Counted from the first letter of the stretch, positions 18,005 through 28,918 are shown. The stretch is 64,000 nt of DNA from an uncultured bacterium (GCA_943787795.1 CALSNU010000002.1:416001-480000), one strand, 5' to 3'. The notes: generated by a model not told the origin, from the letters alone. A program made the numbers and translations.

Positions 18005-19168
18005 ATGAGCCAGCCAGCCCACGATCCCCTCCGACTGCTCCTCGTCGAAGATGACCCCGTCTACGAGCGCATCCTGCGCGCCCACATCAGGCGCCTGGGC
18101 GATCGGGTGGGGGAGGTCGTGCACGTCAGCCGCATCGAGGACGGCCTGCAGCGGCACAAGGCCCAGCCGGCGGACCTCGTGCTCCTGGACCTCACGCTCC
18201 CCGATAGCCCTCCAGAGGCGACCCTGGGCCGGGTGCGCGAGTTCGTCGAGGGCGGCGCCGCGGTCCTCGTGCTGAGCGCCCTGGACGACCCGGAGTCCTC
18301 CAGCAGGGCGCGGGCCGCGGGCGCCCTGGGCTTCCTGGACAAGGGCAAGGTCTCGGTGGAGCAGCTCAGTGAAGCGCTCGACCGGGCGGTCGATCCCTGC
18401 CCGCCTGCCCCGGCTGAGGCGCCGCTTGCGGCCAGCGACGCCCCCCCGGCGACCGCCCCCCCCACGACCGAGCCCCCCGCGACCGAGCCGCCGGTGGAGC
18501 AGAGCCTGGACCACCCCCAGCGTCTGGCCGCCCAGCTCGTCCACGATGCCAGGTCCTGGATCACCAATCACAGCTTCCGGTTGGCCGCCCTCAAGCGCAC
18601 CGCAGGACCCGAGGCCGAGCAGCTCATCGAGGGCCTGAGCGACACCACCCGAGCCCTGGGCGAGCTCCTGGATGCCGGCCGAGCCCTCGTCATCGACGAG
18701 ACGACCCCCGTGGCGCTGGAGCCTGTGGATCTCCGCCCGTGGGTCGCCCGCTGGGCCGAGCAACGCGCCGCGAGCCCGGGTGGAGCTCGGATCCATGCGT
18801 CGATCCCCGGGACCTCGCTCGCCGTGACCGGCTGCCTCGCTGGACTCGAGGTCGTCATGGGGACCGTGATCGAGAACGCCGAACAGGCCTCCCCGGACCG
18901 CCCGGTCAACGTGGACTTACAGGCGACCTCCGCCGCCGAGGGATGCGTCGAGGTCGATCTCGCGGACCATGGCGGCAGCTGGGGTGTCGACGACCCGCAG
19001 CAGCTCATCGGGGCCTTCCAGAAGGGCGACCGCGGCAGCACACGGGCCGGCCTCGGGCTCTACCGAGCGAGGCGCTGGATGGAGCGGATGGGAGGATCCC
19101 TGGAGCTCATCCCACGGCACGACACCCCCGGGGCCATGACGGTCCGGCTCCGCTTCAAGGGCGCTTGA
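18005..19168 (+). CDS. Receiver + divergent histidine kinase domain protein
   Basis: LLLVEDD..LLDLTLPD receiver; Pro-rich linker; LVHDARS, VIENA, GLGL. Confidence 0.8.
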   Translation: MSQPAHDPLRLLLVEDDPVYERILRAHIRRLGDRVGEVVHVSRIEDGLQRHKAQPADLVLLDLTLPDSPPEATLGRVREFVEGGAAVLVLSALDDPESSSRARAAGALGFLDKGKVSVEQLSEALDRAVDPCPPAPAEAPLAASDAPPATAPPTTEPPATEPPVEQSLDHPQRLAAQLVHDARSWITNHSFRLAALKRTAGPEAEQLIEGLSDTTRALGELLDAGRALVIDETTPVALEPVDLRPWVARWAEQRAASPGGARIHASIPGTSLAVTGCLAGLEVVMGTVIENAEQASPDRPVNVDLQATSAAEGCVEVDLADHGGSWGVDDPQQLIGAFQKGDRGSTRAGLGLYRARRWMERMGGSLELIPRHDTPGAMTVRLRFKGA

Positions 19169-19217
19169 GGGGCGTCGGGTTAGAGTGGGGCGCCGCGCCC
19201 CATCCGACCCAATCATC

Positions 19218-21182
19218 ATGCTCCGTTCGCTTCCCACCGCCCTCCTCGTCGTCGCCACCTCTGCCGCTGCGACCGCGGCTGACCTGAGGCTCCCCGCCGT
19301 CTTCTCCGACGGCATGGTCCTCCAGCGCGAGTCGGAGGCGGCGATCTGGGGCTGGGCAGATCCTGACCAGGAGGTCAGCCTGCGCGGCGGGTGGCCGGGC
19401 TCCGCGTCCGTGACCGTGAGCGCGGACGGCGAGGGGCGCTGGCGCGCCGCGCTGGACACGCCCGCCGCGGGCGGGCCGTTCAAGGTCGAGGTCACCGCCG
19501 GAGAGGAGCTCGTCGTGGTCAACGACGTCTTGATCGGAGAGGTCTGGCTGTGCTCAGGCCAATCGAACATGGAGTGGACCCTCGACCTCATCCTCCCCGC
19601 CGCCCAGCGGAGCTCCCGGGTCAACGAACGCACGGCGAACGCCGACCGACCCGAGGTCCGCTTCTTCGACATCCCTCAGACCACCGCCGAGAGACCCCAG
19701 GACGACTGCAACGCCCGCTGGTGGTCGGCGTCGGGGGCCGAGGCCCTGCGCTGCAGCGCCGTGGCCTACTTCTTCGCCTGCGAACTGCAGGACCGCCTCG
19801 ACATCCCGATCGGCCTGGTGGTCTCCGCCTGGGGGGGGACGCGGGCGGAGGCCTGGACGAGCGAGGAGGTGGTGGCCGGGTTCCCCCACCACGCGGCCAC
19901 CCTGGAGCGCATTCGAAGCGCGGACCCCGACCAGTACGCGGAGGCGGTCGAGGCGTTCTGGGAGCGCGTGGACGACGGTCGCTTCTGGACCCGGTCGTTC
20001 CCCTCCCCCGACTTCGACGACCGTGACTGGGACGAGCAGGCCTTGCCCGCCCACTTCGAGTCCGGTCCTGTTGGCGACCACGACGGCGTCGTCTGGTACC
20101 GCCGCAGGATAGAGGTGCCCAGCGACTGGGACGCGCAGGAGCTGGAGCTCGTCCTGTCGCCCATCGATGACATGGACGAGACGTTCTGGGACGGCGTCCC
20201 GGTGGCGTCCACCCTGGCCCCAGGCTCTCACGCTCAGGTCCGGCGATATCGGATCCCCGCCCATCTCGTCACCGCCGGCCAGGCTGTCCTCGCGGTCCGC
20301 GCGGTCGACACCGGCGGTCCCGGCGGCTTCACGCCGCGAGCGAGCGACGATGGCCGGCCCCCCATGCGTCTCTCCTTCGGGGGCGCGGACCTGGACCTCA
20401 CGGGCCCGTGGCGCGTGCGGCGAGGCGCTCCCGTGCGGGCCTTGCCGTCCGTTCCCGCCAAGGAAGCCACCGACCAGAACACGCCCGCCGCCCTCTACAA
20501 CGGCATGATCACGCCGATCCTGCCCTTCGGGATCCGCGGCGCCATCTGGTACCAGGGGGAGTCCAACCGCTACCGCGCCGAGGAGTATCGCGAGCTCTTC
20601 CCGGCCATGATCACGGACTGGCGGACACGCTGGGAGCAGCCCGACCTTCCCTTCTACTTCGTCCAGCTCGCTCCCTATGGCTATGGCGGCGGCGACGACG
20701 GGCGCACGGCGCTGGTGCGCGAGGCCCAGGCCCTGGCCGCCCAACAGCTCGCCGGCACCGGCATGGTGCTGACCGCGGACATCGGTAACGCGCGCGACAT
20801 CCACCCCGTCAACAAGTGGACCGTCGGCGAGCGGCTCGCCCGCTTCGCCCTCCGCGACCTGTACGGCTCCCCCGAGACGGTCGCCGAGGGGCCCCGCATC
20901 AGGCGAGCCGTGCCCCAGGGCCGTGAGCTGGTCCTCGAGTTCGACCACGTCCAGGGCGAGCTGCGGGCGATCGGCGAAGGGCTCGGCCAGTTCGAGCTCG
21001 CGGGCGGTGACGGCGTGTATGTCCCGGCCTCCGCGCGCATCAGCGAGGACGGACAGGGGATCGTCCTCAGCAGCCCGGACGTCGAGGCCCCCTCCGACGC
21101 CCGCTACCTGTGGAACGATGCGGGGTACGCCTCGGTCATGGGCGGCGCCGGCCTGCCCTTGGCGCCGTTCAGGACCCGCTGA
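19218..21182 (+). CDS. Sialate O-acetylesterase (SASA) family, secreted
   Basis: LPAVFSDGMVLQR, GEVWLCSGQSNME, WGGT, WYQGESN, DIHP. Confidence 0.93.
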   Translation: MLRSLPTALLVVATSAAATAADLRLPAVFSDGMVLQRESEAAIWGWADPDQEVSLRGGWPGSASVTVSADGEGRWRAALDTPAAGGPFKVEVTAGEELVVVNDVLIGEVWLCSGQSNMEWTLDLILPAAQRSSRVNERTANADRPEVRFFDIPQTTAERPQDDCNARWWSASGAEALRCSAVAYFFACELQDRLDIPIGLVVSAWGGTRAEAWTSEEVVAGFPHHAATLERIRSADPDQYAEAVEAFWERVDDGRFWTRSFPSPDFDDRDWDEQALPAHFESGPVGDHDGVVWYRRRIEVPSDWDAQELELVLSPIDDMDETFWDGVPVASTLAPGSHAQVRRYRIPAHLVTAGQAVLAVRAVDTGGPGGFTPRASDDGRPPMRLSFGGADLDLTGPWRVRRGAPVRALPSVPAKEATDQNTPAALYNGMITPILPFGIRGAIWYQGESNRYRAEEYRELFPAMITDWRTRWEQPDLPFYFVQLAPYGYGGGDDGRTALVREAQALAAQQLAGTGMVLTADIGNARDIHPVNKWTVGERLARFALRDLYGSPETVAEGPRIRRAVPQGRELVLEFDHVQGELRAIGEGLGQFELAGGDGVYVPASARISEDGQGIVLSSPDVEAPSDARYLWNDAGYASVMGGAGLPLAPFRTR

Positions 21183-21213
21183 GCAGCGCCGAGGACGCTC
21201 GGCCGCGGCCCCC

Positions 21214-22455
21214 TCAGGAGCCGCTCGCGGCGCTCTCCTCGAACCGATCCGGTGAGAAGAACTCCGGATCGATGGCGCTGATGGGCTGACCCAGGATCAT
21301 CTGGGCGAGGCCCTCACCGATGCTCGGCGCGAGCTGGAAGTCGTTGCCTGAGAAGCCGGTCACCACGTACAGGCCCGGGATCTCCTTCACGGCCCCCACG
21401 ATCGGCCGCTCGTCCGGGGTGAGCGTGATCCATGCGGCCTGCCCTCCCTCATCGTCCATGCCCCTGTAGATGGGCATGCGCGCCTCGAGCCTCGGGCGGG
21501 CCCACGCCCGCATCTCGTCGCCGACGGCCTCGTCCAGGCTCTCGGGCCGCTCCAACTCCTGGAGCCCGTCGAACCCGAGGCGGCCCACGCGGGTGCGCTT
21601 CGCGGCAGGCTCACAGCGCAGGTGCAGCCCGTTGGCCCTGTCCAGGATGACCGGGTGAGCGGCCGGCATGAGGTCCAGAGGGTCCGGTCGGAAGCGCGTC
21701 TCCACGTCATCCTCACCGCCCTCGTCGATCTCCTCGAGCGCCGCGGGGTCCGGCATGTGCACGAAGTGCTCCTCGATGCGGACCACCCGCAGGGGGTAGG
21801 AGACACCCAGCTCCTTCAGGATGATCGGGGTCCAGGGGCCCGTCGCGAGCACGACGTTCGGTGCGAGGAACTCCCCCTCGCTCGTCGCCACGCCCACGGC
21901 TCGACCGTTCTCCACGAGCACCGTGGGGTTCTCGACGCCCGTTCGCGTGCTGGCGCCCTGGGTGCGGGCAAGAGCCGCGAGGGTATCGATCGTTCGACGC
22001 GGATCCACGAAGCCGCCGTTGGGCTCGTAGGAACCGATGGATTCGTCCGAGACCTCGATGCCCGGGCAGATCTGCCGCATCTTCGTCGCGTCCACGATCT
22101 GCACGTCGATGCCGATCGAGCACTGCATCTCCACGTCGGCCCGGAGGGCGGAGACCTCTTCGGGGTCACTCCCCGCGACCACGAGCACGCCGGTCCGCCG
22201 GTAGCCAACGGAGCGGCCGACCTTGGTCGGCATCGTGGCGTAGACCTTCAGGGCGTCCCGCGCCATGCCGGCCAGCGGTCGCTCGGTGTAGCCCTGGTGG
22301 ATCACGGCGCCCGTGCGGCCAGAGGAGCCAGAGCCGAGCCTCCCCTTCTCGAGCAGGATGACGGGCTCGGTCAGGGGATCGCAGCGCTTGGCTGCGCTAA
22401 GGGCGACTGAGGTGCCCATGGCACCCCCGCCCACGATGAGGATCTTTGCTTTCAC
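21214..22455 (-). CDS. FAD-dependent oxidoreductase (DAO/sarcosine oxidase beta-like)
   Basis: IVGGGAMG, GSSGRTG, TPDERPIVG, GFSG..FQLAP. Confidence 0.9.
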   Translation of the reverse strand: MKAKILIVGGGAMGTSVALSAAKRCDPLTEPVILLEKGRLGSGSSGRTGAVIHQGYTERPLAGMARDALKVYATMPTKVGRSVGYRRTGVLVVAGSDPEEVSALRADVEMQCSIGIDVQIVDATKMRQICPGIEVSDESIGSYEPNGGFVDPRRTIDTLAALARTQGASTRTGVENPTVLVENGRAVGVATSEGEFLAPNVVLATGPWTPIILKELGVSYPLRVVRIEEHFVHMPDPAALEEIDEGGEDDVETRFRPDPLDLMPAAHPVILDRANGLHLRCEPAAKRTRVGRLGFDGLQELERPESLDEAVGDEMRAWARPRLEARMPIYRGMDDEGGQAAWITLTPDERPIVGAVKEIPGLYVVTGFSGNDFQLAPSIGEGLAQMILGQPISAIDPEFFSPDRFEESAASGS

Positions 22456-22492
22456 GTGGGCCTCAGCTTATCCGCCGCGCGCCCCGTAGGGC

Positions 22493-24956
22493 TCAGCGAA
22501 AGTCGGCCGGGGGCCGGGGGCGGACCCCGAGCTTCTCGTAGTTGAAGCCGCTCTCCAGCGGCTCGTAGGGGCCGACGGGCGCGACGTCGAGGTCCGCGCG
22601 GATGTCCCCCTCGCGTCCGAGACCCCAGAGGGTCGCGTTCAGGAGCAGCCGGCGCATGTCCTCGCACTCGAAGTCACGGGCGCTGCCCATGGTCGTGTGG
22701 AAGACCCGGCTCTCCTTGCCCCCGGCCCCGGTGAAGGTCCGGGTCCACGCCACCGGCAGCGCGATCTTGTTCTCATTCGGCGGCCCGTCGGGGGTCCGGC
22801 CGATGAGGGGCTGCCCCATGAGCAGGGGCACGCACCGGGCGGGCAGCGCGCCGCCCTCCGGGTAAGTCCGGTAGACGTCCGTGGTGCCCCACACGTCGTC
22901 GATCCCGATGAGCACGGGGTGTCCCGCGTGCTCGGCGACGACGCTCGCCCGCGTGGAGTCCCGGCTCCAGTTGCCGTGGTGGCCGCGGAAGGAGCCCCCC
23001 AGCACGCCCTCGCCGAAGGGCACGCGCTTACCGTCTACCCGGTAGTCCCAGTCGATGAAGCCGTGGTTCGCCGTGCGGATCGCGAGGATCGGCTTGCCTG
23101 AGTCGAGGTAGCCGTAGATGGACGCCAGCTGCTCGGGGGGAAGAGAGAGCAAGCGGGTATAGAAGATGGCCGCGTCCGCGCCCTCAAGGTGCTCGAGGCC
23201 CGGGATGTCGTGGACGATCTCCTTGTCCTCCCACTTGATCTTCGAGGTCGGGTCCACGCGGCCCTGCTCGTCCTGCGCGAAGAGGACCGTGGTGTGCATG
23301 CCATGCCGCTCGGCCAGCAGCTCCGCCAGCATCGGCGTGCACTCCTCGCTCCGGTACTCCTGGTCGCCCACCACGAACACCACGTGGGGCGCGTCCTCTC
23401 CGCCGCCCTTGGCGGGGTAGGTGAGCCAGCGCGGGTCCTCGGGCACCGGGTGCGTCCGCGGCGCGGGGATCTCGTTGACCGTGTAGTAGGCGTCCCGGTG
23501 GAGCAGCGGCTCACCGGCAGCCGAGCGCAGCGCGGCGAGGTCAAACTCGTGGACGTGCCCCTTCTTGAGGGCGTCCAGCACGACCCGCGCCGACAGGCCG
23601 TCCTCGGATACGGTGACCGAGCGCACCTCCGGCACGGTCCGGTCCACCTCGGGTCCCCCGTAGGCGCCGTGGTAGATGTGGGTGAAGGTCCCCATGACCC
23701 AGTTCTCCGTCTTCGCCGCCGATTCGGGGTCCACGGGGAGGGTGAAGCGCACATCGAATCCCTCCGGGTGGATCGTGATCCGCTCCACCTCGAAGGGCGT
23801 GACCCCGGTCCACTCGAGCCGCTCGAGGGCGAAGGGCTCCAGCCCGCGCACGGGCCAGCCGCGGTTGGTCCCGCCCGCGATGAGCTTGCCCGCGGGGCTG
23901 AAGTGCACGTCGAGCAGCCCCGTGGAGAGCCCCTCGCGGAAGGGGTAGCAGGCCCCCTGCCAGACGCCGTTCACCTGCTCCGTCGTCGCGCGCAGGATGA
24001 CCGAGAGGCTGAAGTCCCCGAGGAACATCTGATCCTCGAAGGGGCCGAAGCTCCCGCCGGTGTCGTCCACGGTGAAGCCCATGATCGAGCGGCCCATGCG
24101 GATGTACGGGAAGACGATGGCGTAGGGCGTCAGCTCCGGCACCCGCTCCTGCTCGGTGAGGATGCGCGTCCCGGAGTTCGGGACCGTGGGCGCGTCGCCG
24201 AGGTTCGGCGCATAGGGATACCAGTTGAAGCTCACGGGGTGGCCGTGGAAGCTCCCCTCCTGCACGGCCTTGAGGCTGCACGAGGAGTTCCAAGGGCCCT
24301 GGCTCTCGATGTAGAAGATCTGCCCGTTCTCGTCGGGGCCGATGCCGCCGGGGCTGCGCAGGCCGCTGGCCACGGGGATCGTCTCGCCCTCGGGCGTGAC
24401 CTTGAGCACCCAGCCGCGGAACAGCGCCCGCGAGTGGTAGGAGTACGAGAGCCCCAGGGCCACGTGCACGTTGCCCTCGGCGTCCGGCCCCGTGCCGAAG
24501 GCGTACTCGTGGTAGTTCTCGTAGCCCCAGCCGGCGGAGACCACGTCGAAGCGGTCCGCGCGCCCGTCGCCGTCCGAGTCGGAGACCCGGGTCAGCTCGC
24601 AGCTCTGGGTCACCAGCAGCCCACCCTCCACGGCCTCGAGGCCGAAGATCTCGTCCATGCCGGACGCGAACAGGGTGTAGGTCGGCTCGGGCTTGGGGTC
24701 GTCCACGCCGTCCACGAGGTAGATGTCCCCGTGCCGCGTCCCCACGGCGATCCGTCCGTCGGGGAGCGTGGTGAAGGCGCCCGCCTCCACGGTCAGCGCC
24801 TCGGGGATCGGCAGGCTCACCACCCGGTAGTACTTGCGCTCCTCGGTCTCGGTCCCCCACTTGGAGCCGAGGTCCTCGGCGGGCTGAGCCGCGAGGGGCG
24901 GGGAGCGAGGTGAGGGCGAGCAGCGCGGCCGCGCGGGGATCAATCGGCGAGGTCAT
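22493..24956 (-). CDS. PVC-type secreted beta-propeller (sorbosone dehydrogenase-like) protein fused to ThuA-like domain; probable frameshift in signal peptide near 24895-24903
   Basis: DSDGDGRAD, YHEYAFG, GLRSPGG, GGTNRGW; C-terminal GDQEYRSEE..RTANH..RVFHTTMG. Main frame is open 22493..24943, but the signal peptide lies in another frame from ATG 24956. Confidence 0.75.
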
Positions 24957-27267
24957 AGGTGAGCTCCAGGGTCGAGGGGCCGGCGGGGAGGGGCAGGTGA
25001 AGGAGGAGCTCGCTACCGCTCTCCACGGAGCGCAGCTCGAACATCTTCGGCTTGAGGGGAGTCAGCGGCGCCACGGTCAGCCGGAGCTTCCCGAAGACGA
25101 AGCCGCCGCTGTCGGGGACCTCGACGACCCCCGCGAGGGCGCGGAAGACCATGGGCCCGGCCTCCGGCGAGTCAAAGGTGATGGAGCGCCGGAGCACCGT
25201 GCGCTCGCCCTCCTTCAGGGGCACCGTCCGGTCCTCCACGCCCACCGCGCCAATGGAGTAGCGCAGCGTGGGGACGCCGTCCCCATCCAGGTGATAGCCC
25301 CGGAAGCGGTAGCCGTGCTGGCGCGGATAGGTGGGGTCGGGGTTGACCGGGTTCTCCTCGGTCATCACCGGCCGGACCGGCCAGGGGTCCGGCGGGCCCT
25401 CACCGGCCGCGAAGGCCAGGTCCCTGGGGAGCTCCACGGGTCGACCCCGCGGGTTGAAGTCGCCGGCCCCCTGGCCGTTCCAGTTGACCGAGACGAAGTC
25501 GCCGCGCCAGAGCCCCGCGAGGGCCCCGTTGTTGGCGTCGAAGGCGTAGTTCAGGCCCTCCTCGAAGCCAACGGCCACGCCGCGGAAGCCCGCGATCCGG
25601 CTCCGCCCGCGGTAGAGGCGCGCGCGACCCTCCACGTTGACGTCCCAGCGGGGCTGGTCGATCCCCTTGGGGTTCCGCGCGGAGCGGCCCAGGGCGAGGT
25701 AGTGCCAGATGGCGCCGAGCTGGCGGTCCGTGTCCGCGTCCAGGAGCGTGTCGTACACCGGCTCCCCGCCCGGCCAGGACTCCGGCATGACGATGTCCGC
25801 CACCTTGGACGTGGGCTTCACCATGAAGTCCCGGAACCAGCGCTCGCGCAGCCGCTCGGGCGTCGTGATCAGGTCCACGCCCTGGAAGCCGGGGGCCTCC
25901 TTGGTGTTGAACTGGTGGCAGCTCACGCACCCGAGCCCCGTGGTGCCCAGCATGGTCCGCGCGGCCTCCCGCGCCTCCTTCCACTCCTCACCCTCGGGCC
26001 TCGGGAAGACGAGCGGCTCCTCCGCGTCGAGGGCCTCGAGGTGACCGGGGAGGTCCGCCACGTTCGCGTCGCCGAACACCGGCATGCGCGTGTGCATGTA
26101 GGGCCGAACCGACGCGCCGTCGTGCAGGACCCGCTCGAGCCACTCCCGGCGGAGCTTGGCGCCCACGCCGCTCAGCGTCGGCGGCCTGCGGGCGGGCTCC
26201 CCCAGGTCTGGCTCGTCGGTGGTGAGGAATCCGTCGAGGGCCGCGGGGACTCCGCCGACGCCGTCACGCTCGTGACAGGCCGTGCAGCGCAGGGCCGCCA
26301 TGGTGGAGGCCAGCTCCACCTCCGGCGCACGGGGCTCACCCAGCTGACCCGCGGCCTCGATGAGGGCGACGCGCTGCCCGTCGCTCAGGTCGTAGACCGG
26401 CAATCCCGCCGGCGGCGCCTTGGACGCGCACCCGGCCCCGAGCGGGCCCGCGGGGAAGGGCAGGGGGGCCTCGACCCCGCCCACGTCCCCGTGACAGGCG
26501 GCGCAGCGCAGGGTCCGGAAGTGCTCCCGGCCCGCGTCCACGAGGGCGGCCTCCCCGGGCAGCGGCTCGCCAGCAGGCCCGGCGCCTTCCGCGGCGATCA
26601 GGTAGGCCGCCAGGTCCGCCGCCTCCCCACGGTCCAGGTGCATGTCGGGCATGAGCCCGCCGGGCCGGTGGGCGAGGGGCTCGTGAAGGAAGGCCGTCAG
26701 CCCGTCCGCGGTGTACTTCCCGGCCACGTGATCCAGGGAGCGGCCGCCCTCGGGCAGCGGGGCGCCGCCGCGGCGCTCGCCGTGGCACATGACGCACCCG
26801 ATCTCGTGGTAGATCCGATCCCCGCGCTTCGGGTCGCTCTCCCTGGCAGCCTGGCCGGGGCCGCCGGCCGGGGCCCCTTCGGTCGCCGGCGCCTCGCTGG
26901 CGAGGAACGCGGCGAGGGCACGGGCCACCTCGGCTCGCTCCCCCGGGGTGCGGTCCGCCATCAGGTCCGGCATCCGAGTGCCCGGCTGGGCCTCTGCCGG
27001 GTCCGCCAGATAGCGCAGGAGGAAGTCCGGGCGGAGGCGCTCCGCGGCGAGTCCGAGGTCCGGCGCCAGGCGCTGTCCCGCGGGCTGGAGGTCATCGTGG
27101 CAGGCCGCGCACCCCAGACGGGCGATCTCCTCCCGTCCGTCTACCGCAGCCGGGCGGGCCCCGCCTCCCCCGGGCTTCTCGCCGTGGTGGCCCTCCGGCG
27201 CTGAGGCCGAGGCGATGGAGGCTAGGGCGAGCGCCAGGGCGCCAAGGGCGACGGGGAGGACCTTCAT
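24940..27267 (-). CDS. Multiheme c-type cytochrome (5 CxxCH)
   Basis: Signal peptide from MKVLPV; CAACH, CVMCH, CAACH, CTACH, CVSCH; several followed downstream by MP motifs. Confidence 0.9.
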   Translation of the reverse strand: MKVLPVALGALALALASIASASAPEGHHGEKPGGGGARPAAVDGREEIARLGCAACHDDLQPAGQRLAPDLGLAAERLRPDFLLRYLADPAEAQPGTRMPDLMADRTPGERAEVARALAAFLASEAPATEGAPAGGPGQAARESDPKRGDRIYHEIGCVMCHGERRGGAPLPEGGRSLDHVAGKYTADGLTAFLHEPLAHRPGGLMPDMHLDRGEAADLAAYLIAAEGAGPAGEPLPGEAALVDAGREHFRTLRCAACHGDVGGVEAPLPFPAGPLGAGCASKAPPAGLPVYDLSDGQRVALIEAAGQLGEPRAPEVELASTMAALRCTACHERDGVGGVPAALDGFLTTDEPDLGEPARRPPTLSGVGAKLRREWLERVLHDGASVRPYMHTRMPVFGDANVADLPGHLEALDAEEPLVFPRPEGEEWKEAREAARTMLGTTGLGCVSCHQFNTKEAPGFQGVDLITTPERLRERWFRDFMVKPTSKVADIVMPESWPGGEPVYDTLLDADTDRQLGAIWHYLALGRSARNPKGIDQPRWDVNVEGRARLYRGRSRIAGFRGVAVGFEEGLNYAFDANNGALAGLWRGDFVSVNWNGQGAGDFNPRGRPVELPRDLAFAAGEGPPDPWPVRPVMTEENPVNPDPTYPRQHGYRFRGYHLDGDGVPTLRYSIGAVGVEDRTVPLKEGERTVLRRSITFDSPEAGPMVFRALAGVVEVPDSGGFVFGKLRLTVAPLTPLKPKMFELRSVESGSELLLHLPLPAGPSTLELTYDLAD

Positions 27268-27375
27268 GGCCCTACGATAGGGCACAGGGGGAACCGCGTC
27301 GGAACGGAGGCCGCCCATTTGCCCCTCGGGTGGGGCGCCGGCGGACGGCGACGAGTCGCCGTCCGAGGGCACCGA

Positions 27376-27416
27376 TAAAGGCCCAGCCCGGTCGGGGCGC
27401 GGTCCGACCGGGCTGG
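27376..27416 (-). terminator. Intrinsic terminator-like hairpin after the putative 6S RNA
   Basis: 13-bp perfect stem CCAGCCCGGTCGG/CCGACCGGGCTGG followed by GCCTTTAT on the minus strand. Confidence 0.65.
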
Positions 27417-27570
27417 TAGCGAACGGGTCGAGGGGGTTGATCCGTCCGCGTTAGGTAGGCACCGGAGCGTTCGCCAGGAGCGTGTTGAGGGGGGATCACG
27501 CGTCACTGGAGACGAGGCTCCGGGCCTGGGCTATTTGTTCCAGACACCAACGAGTCCGCCCCGGCCCCGG
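27408..27570 (-). ncRNA. ssrS: Probable 6S RNA
   Basis: Folds by eye into a rod with a central bubble (GAACAAAUAGCCC opposite ACCUAACG); G-U pairs favour the minus strand; GAACA...GGAGCC and GGUGCCUACCU...GGAUCAA resemble motifs of Bacillus 6S-1 as recalled. Confidence 0.7.
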
Positions 27571-27657
27571 GGAGCGGGGCACGTTTCCCAACATTTCTTC
27601 AGACCCCGCTCGCCGGGCCCCCGCCGACGCCCTCTTCCCGCCTAGAATCGCGCCGTC

Positions 27658-28788
27658 ATGATCCCCGCGCGCAAGACCCGCACCATCCGTATCGGCCCCC
27701 TCCGGGTGGGCGGTGAGGCCCCCATCGCCGTCCAGAGCATGGCGGCCACGCGAACCCAAGACATCGCCGCGACTCGCGGCCAGGTGGAGCGCCTTCAGGC
27801 CGCCGGGGCCGACCTCGTCCGGGTCGCCATCGACTCCCCCAAGGACGCCGAGGCCCTCAAGGAGATCGCGGAGGGCATCCACGTCCCCCTCTCCGTGGAC
27901 CTGCAGGAGAACTACCGCATGGCGGAGGCGGTGGCGCCCTTCGTGGCCAAGCTCCGCTACAACCCCGGCCACCTCCACCACCACGAGCGCACCAAGTCCA
28001 CCGAGGAGAAGGTCGCCTGGATCGTCGACGTGGCACGCCGCCACGACTGCGCGATCCGGATCGGCGTGAACGCTGGCTCCATCGCCCCCGAGTACAAGGA
28101 GCGCTACCCCGGCGACAACGTGGGCGCCATCGTCGCCTGCGCCGTGGAGCACTGCGCCCTGCTGGACGGGATGGACTTTCCGGACTTCGTGGTGTCCATC
28201 AAGGACTCCGACCCGCGGCTGGTGATCGACGCCAACACGCGCTTCGCCGAGGCCAGGCCCGACGTCCCCATTCACCTGGGGGTGACCGAGGCCGGGATGC
28301 CGCCCGAGGGGATCATCAAGACCCGCATCGCCTTCGAGCAGCTGCTCTCTCGCGGGATCGGCGACACCCTCCGCGTGTCCCTGACCGTCCCCTTCGACGA
28401 CAAGGGCCAGGAGATCGAGGTCGGGCGCCAGATCATCGAGGACGTCTCCAACGGGCGCTTCCGCTCCGTTCCACCCAACTTCTTCGACGGCCTCAACATC
28501 ATCGCTTGCCCCTCCTGCAGCCGCGTCGAGAACGAGAAGTTCATCGACCTGGCCGAGGACGTGAAGCGCATGACCGAGGACGCCAAGGAGCACGACATCA
28601 CCATCGCCGTGATGGGCTGCCGGGTGAATGGGCCGGGCGAGACGGACGACGCGGACCTCGGCCTCTGGTGTGGGCCCAAGACCGTCAATCTGAAGAAGGG
28701 CGAGGCCACGGTCGGCGCCTTCGGCTACGACGAGATCCTCGGGCAGATGCGGATCGAGCTCGACCGCCTCATCGCCGAACGAGCCTGA
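27658..28788 (+). CDS. ispG: (E)-4-hydroxy-3-methylbut-2-enyl-diphosphate synthase
   Basis: [54 protein letters not shown]. Confidence 0.97.
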   Translation: MIPARKTRTIRIGPLRVGGEAPIAVQSMAATRTQDIAATRGQVERLQAAGADLVRVAIDSPKDAEALKEIAEGIHVPLSVDLQENYRMAEAVAPFVAKLRYNPGHLHHHERTKSTEEKVAWIVDVARRHDCAIRIGVNAGSIAPEYKERYPGDNVGAIVACAVEHCALLDGMDFPDFVVSIKDSDPRLVIDANTRFAEARPDVPIHLGVTEAGMPPEGIIKTRIAFEQLLSRGIGDTLRVSLTVPFDDKGQEIEVGRQIIEDVSNGRFRSVPPNFFDGLNIIACPSCSRVENEKFIDLAEDVKRMTEDAKEHDITIAVMGCRVNGPGETDDADLGLWCGPKTVNLKKGEATVGAFGYDEILGQMRIELDRLIAERA

Positions 28789-28918
28789 GAGGCCCGCGAG
28801 CTCCGCCGCCTTCACCGCCCCTCCCGGCTCCCGAAGGGACCCGTCTTATCCTCCTCCCCGAAGCGTTCAGCCCGGTCCTCGGCGAGGTAGAGAGGGCCCC
28901 TACCTCGCCTCCGCTCCC

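Noticed and set aside
27376..27650. tmRNA, RNase P RNA or cobalamin riboswitch in the cytochrome-ispG intergenic region
   Set aside because: No tRNA-like ends or tag peptide, no RNase P conserved motifs and no B12 box; the rod-with-bubble fold fits 6S better
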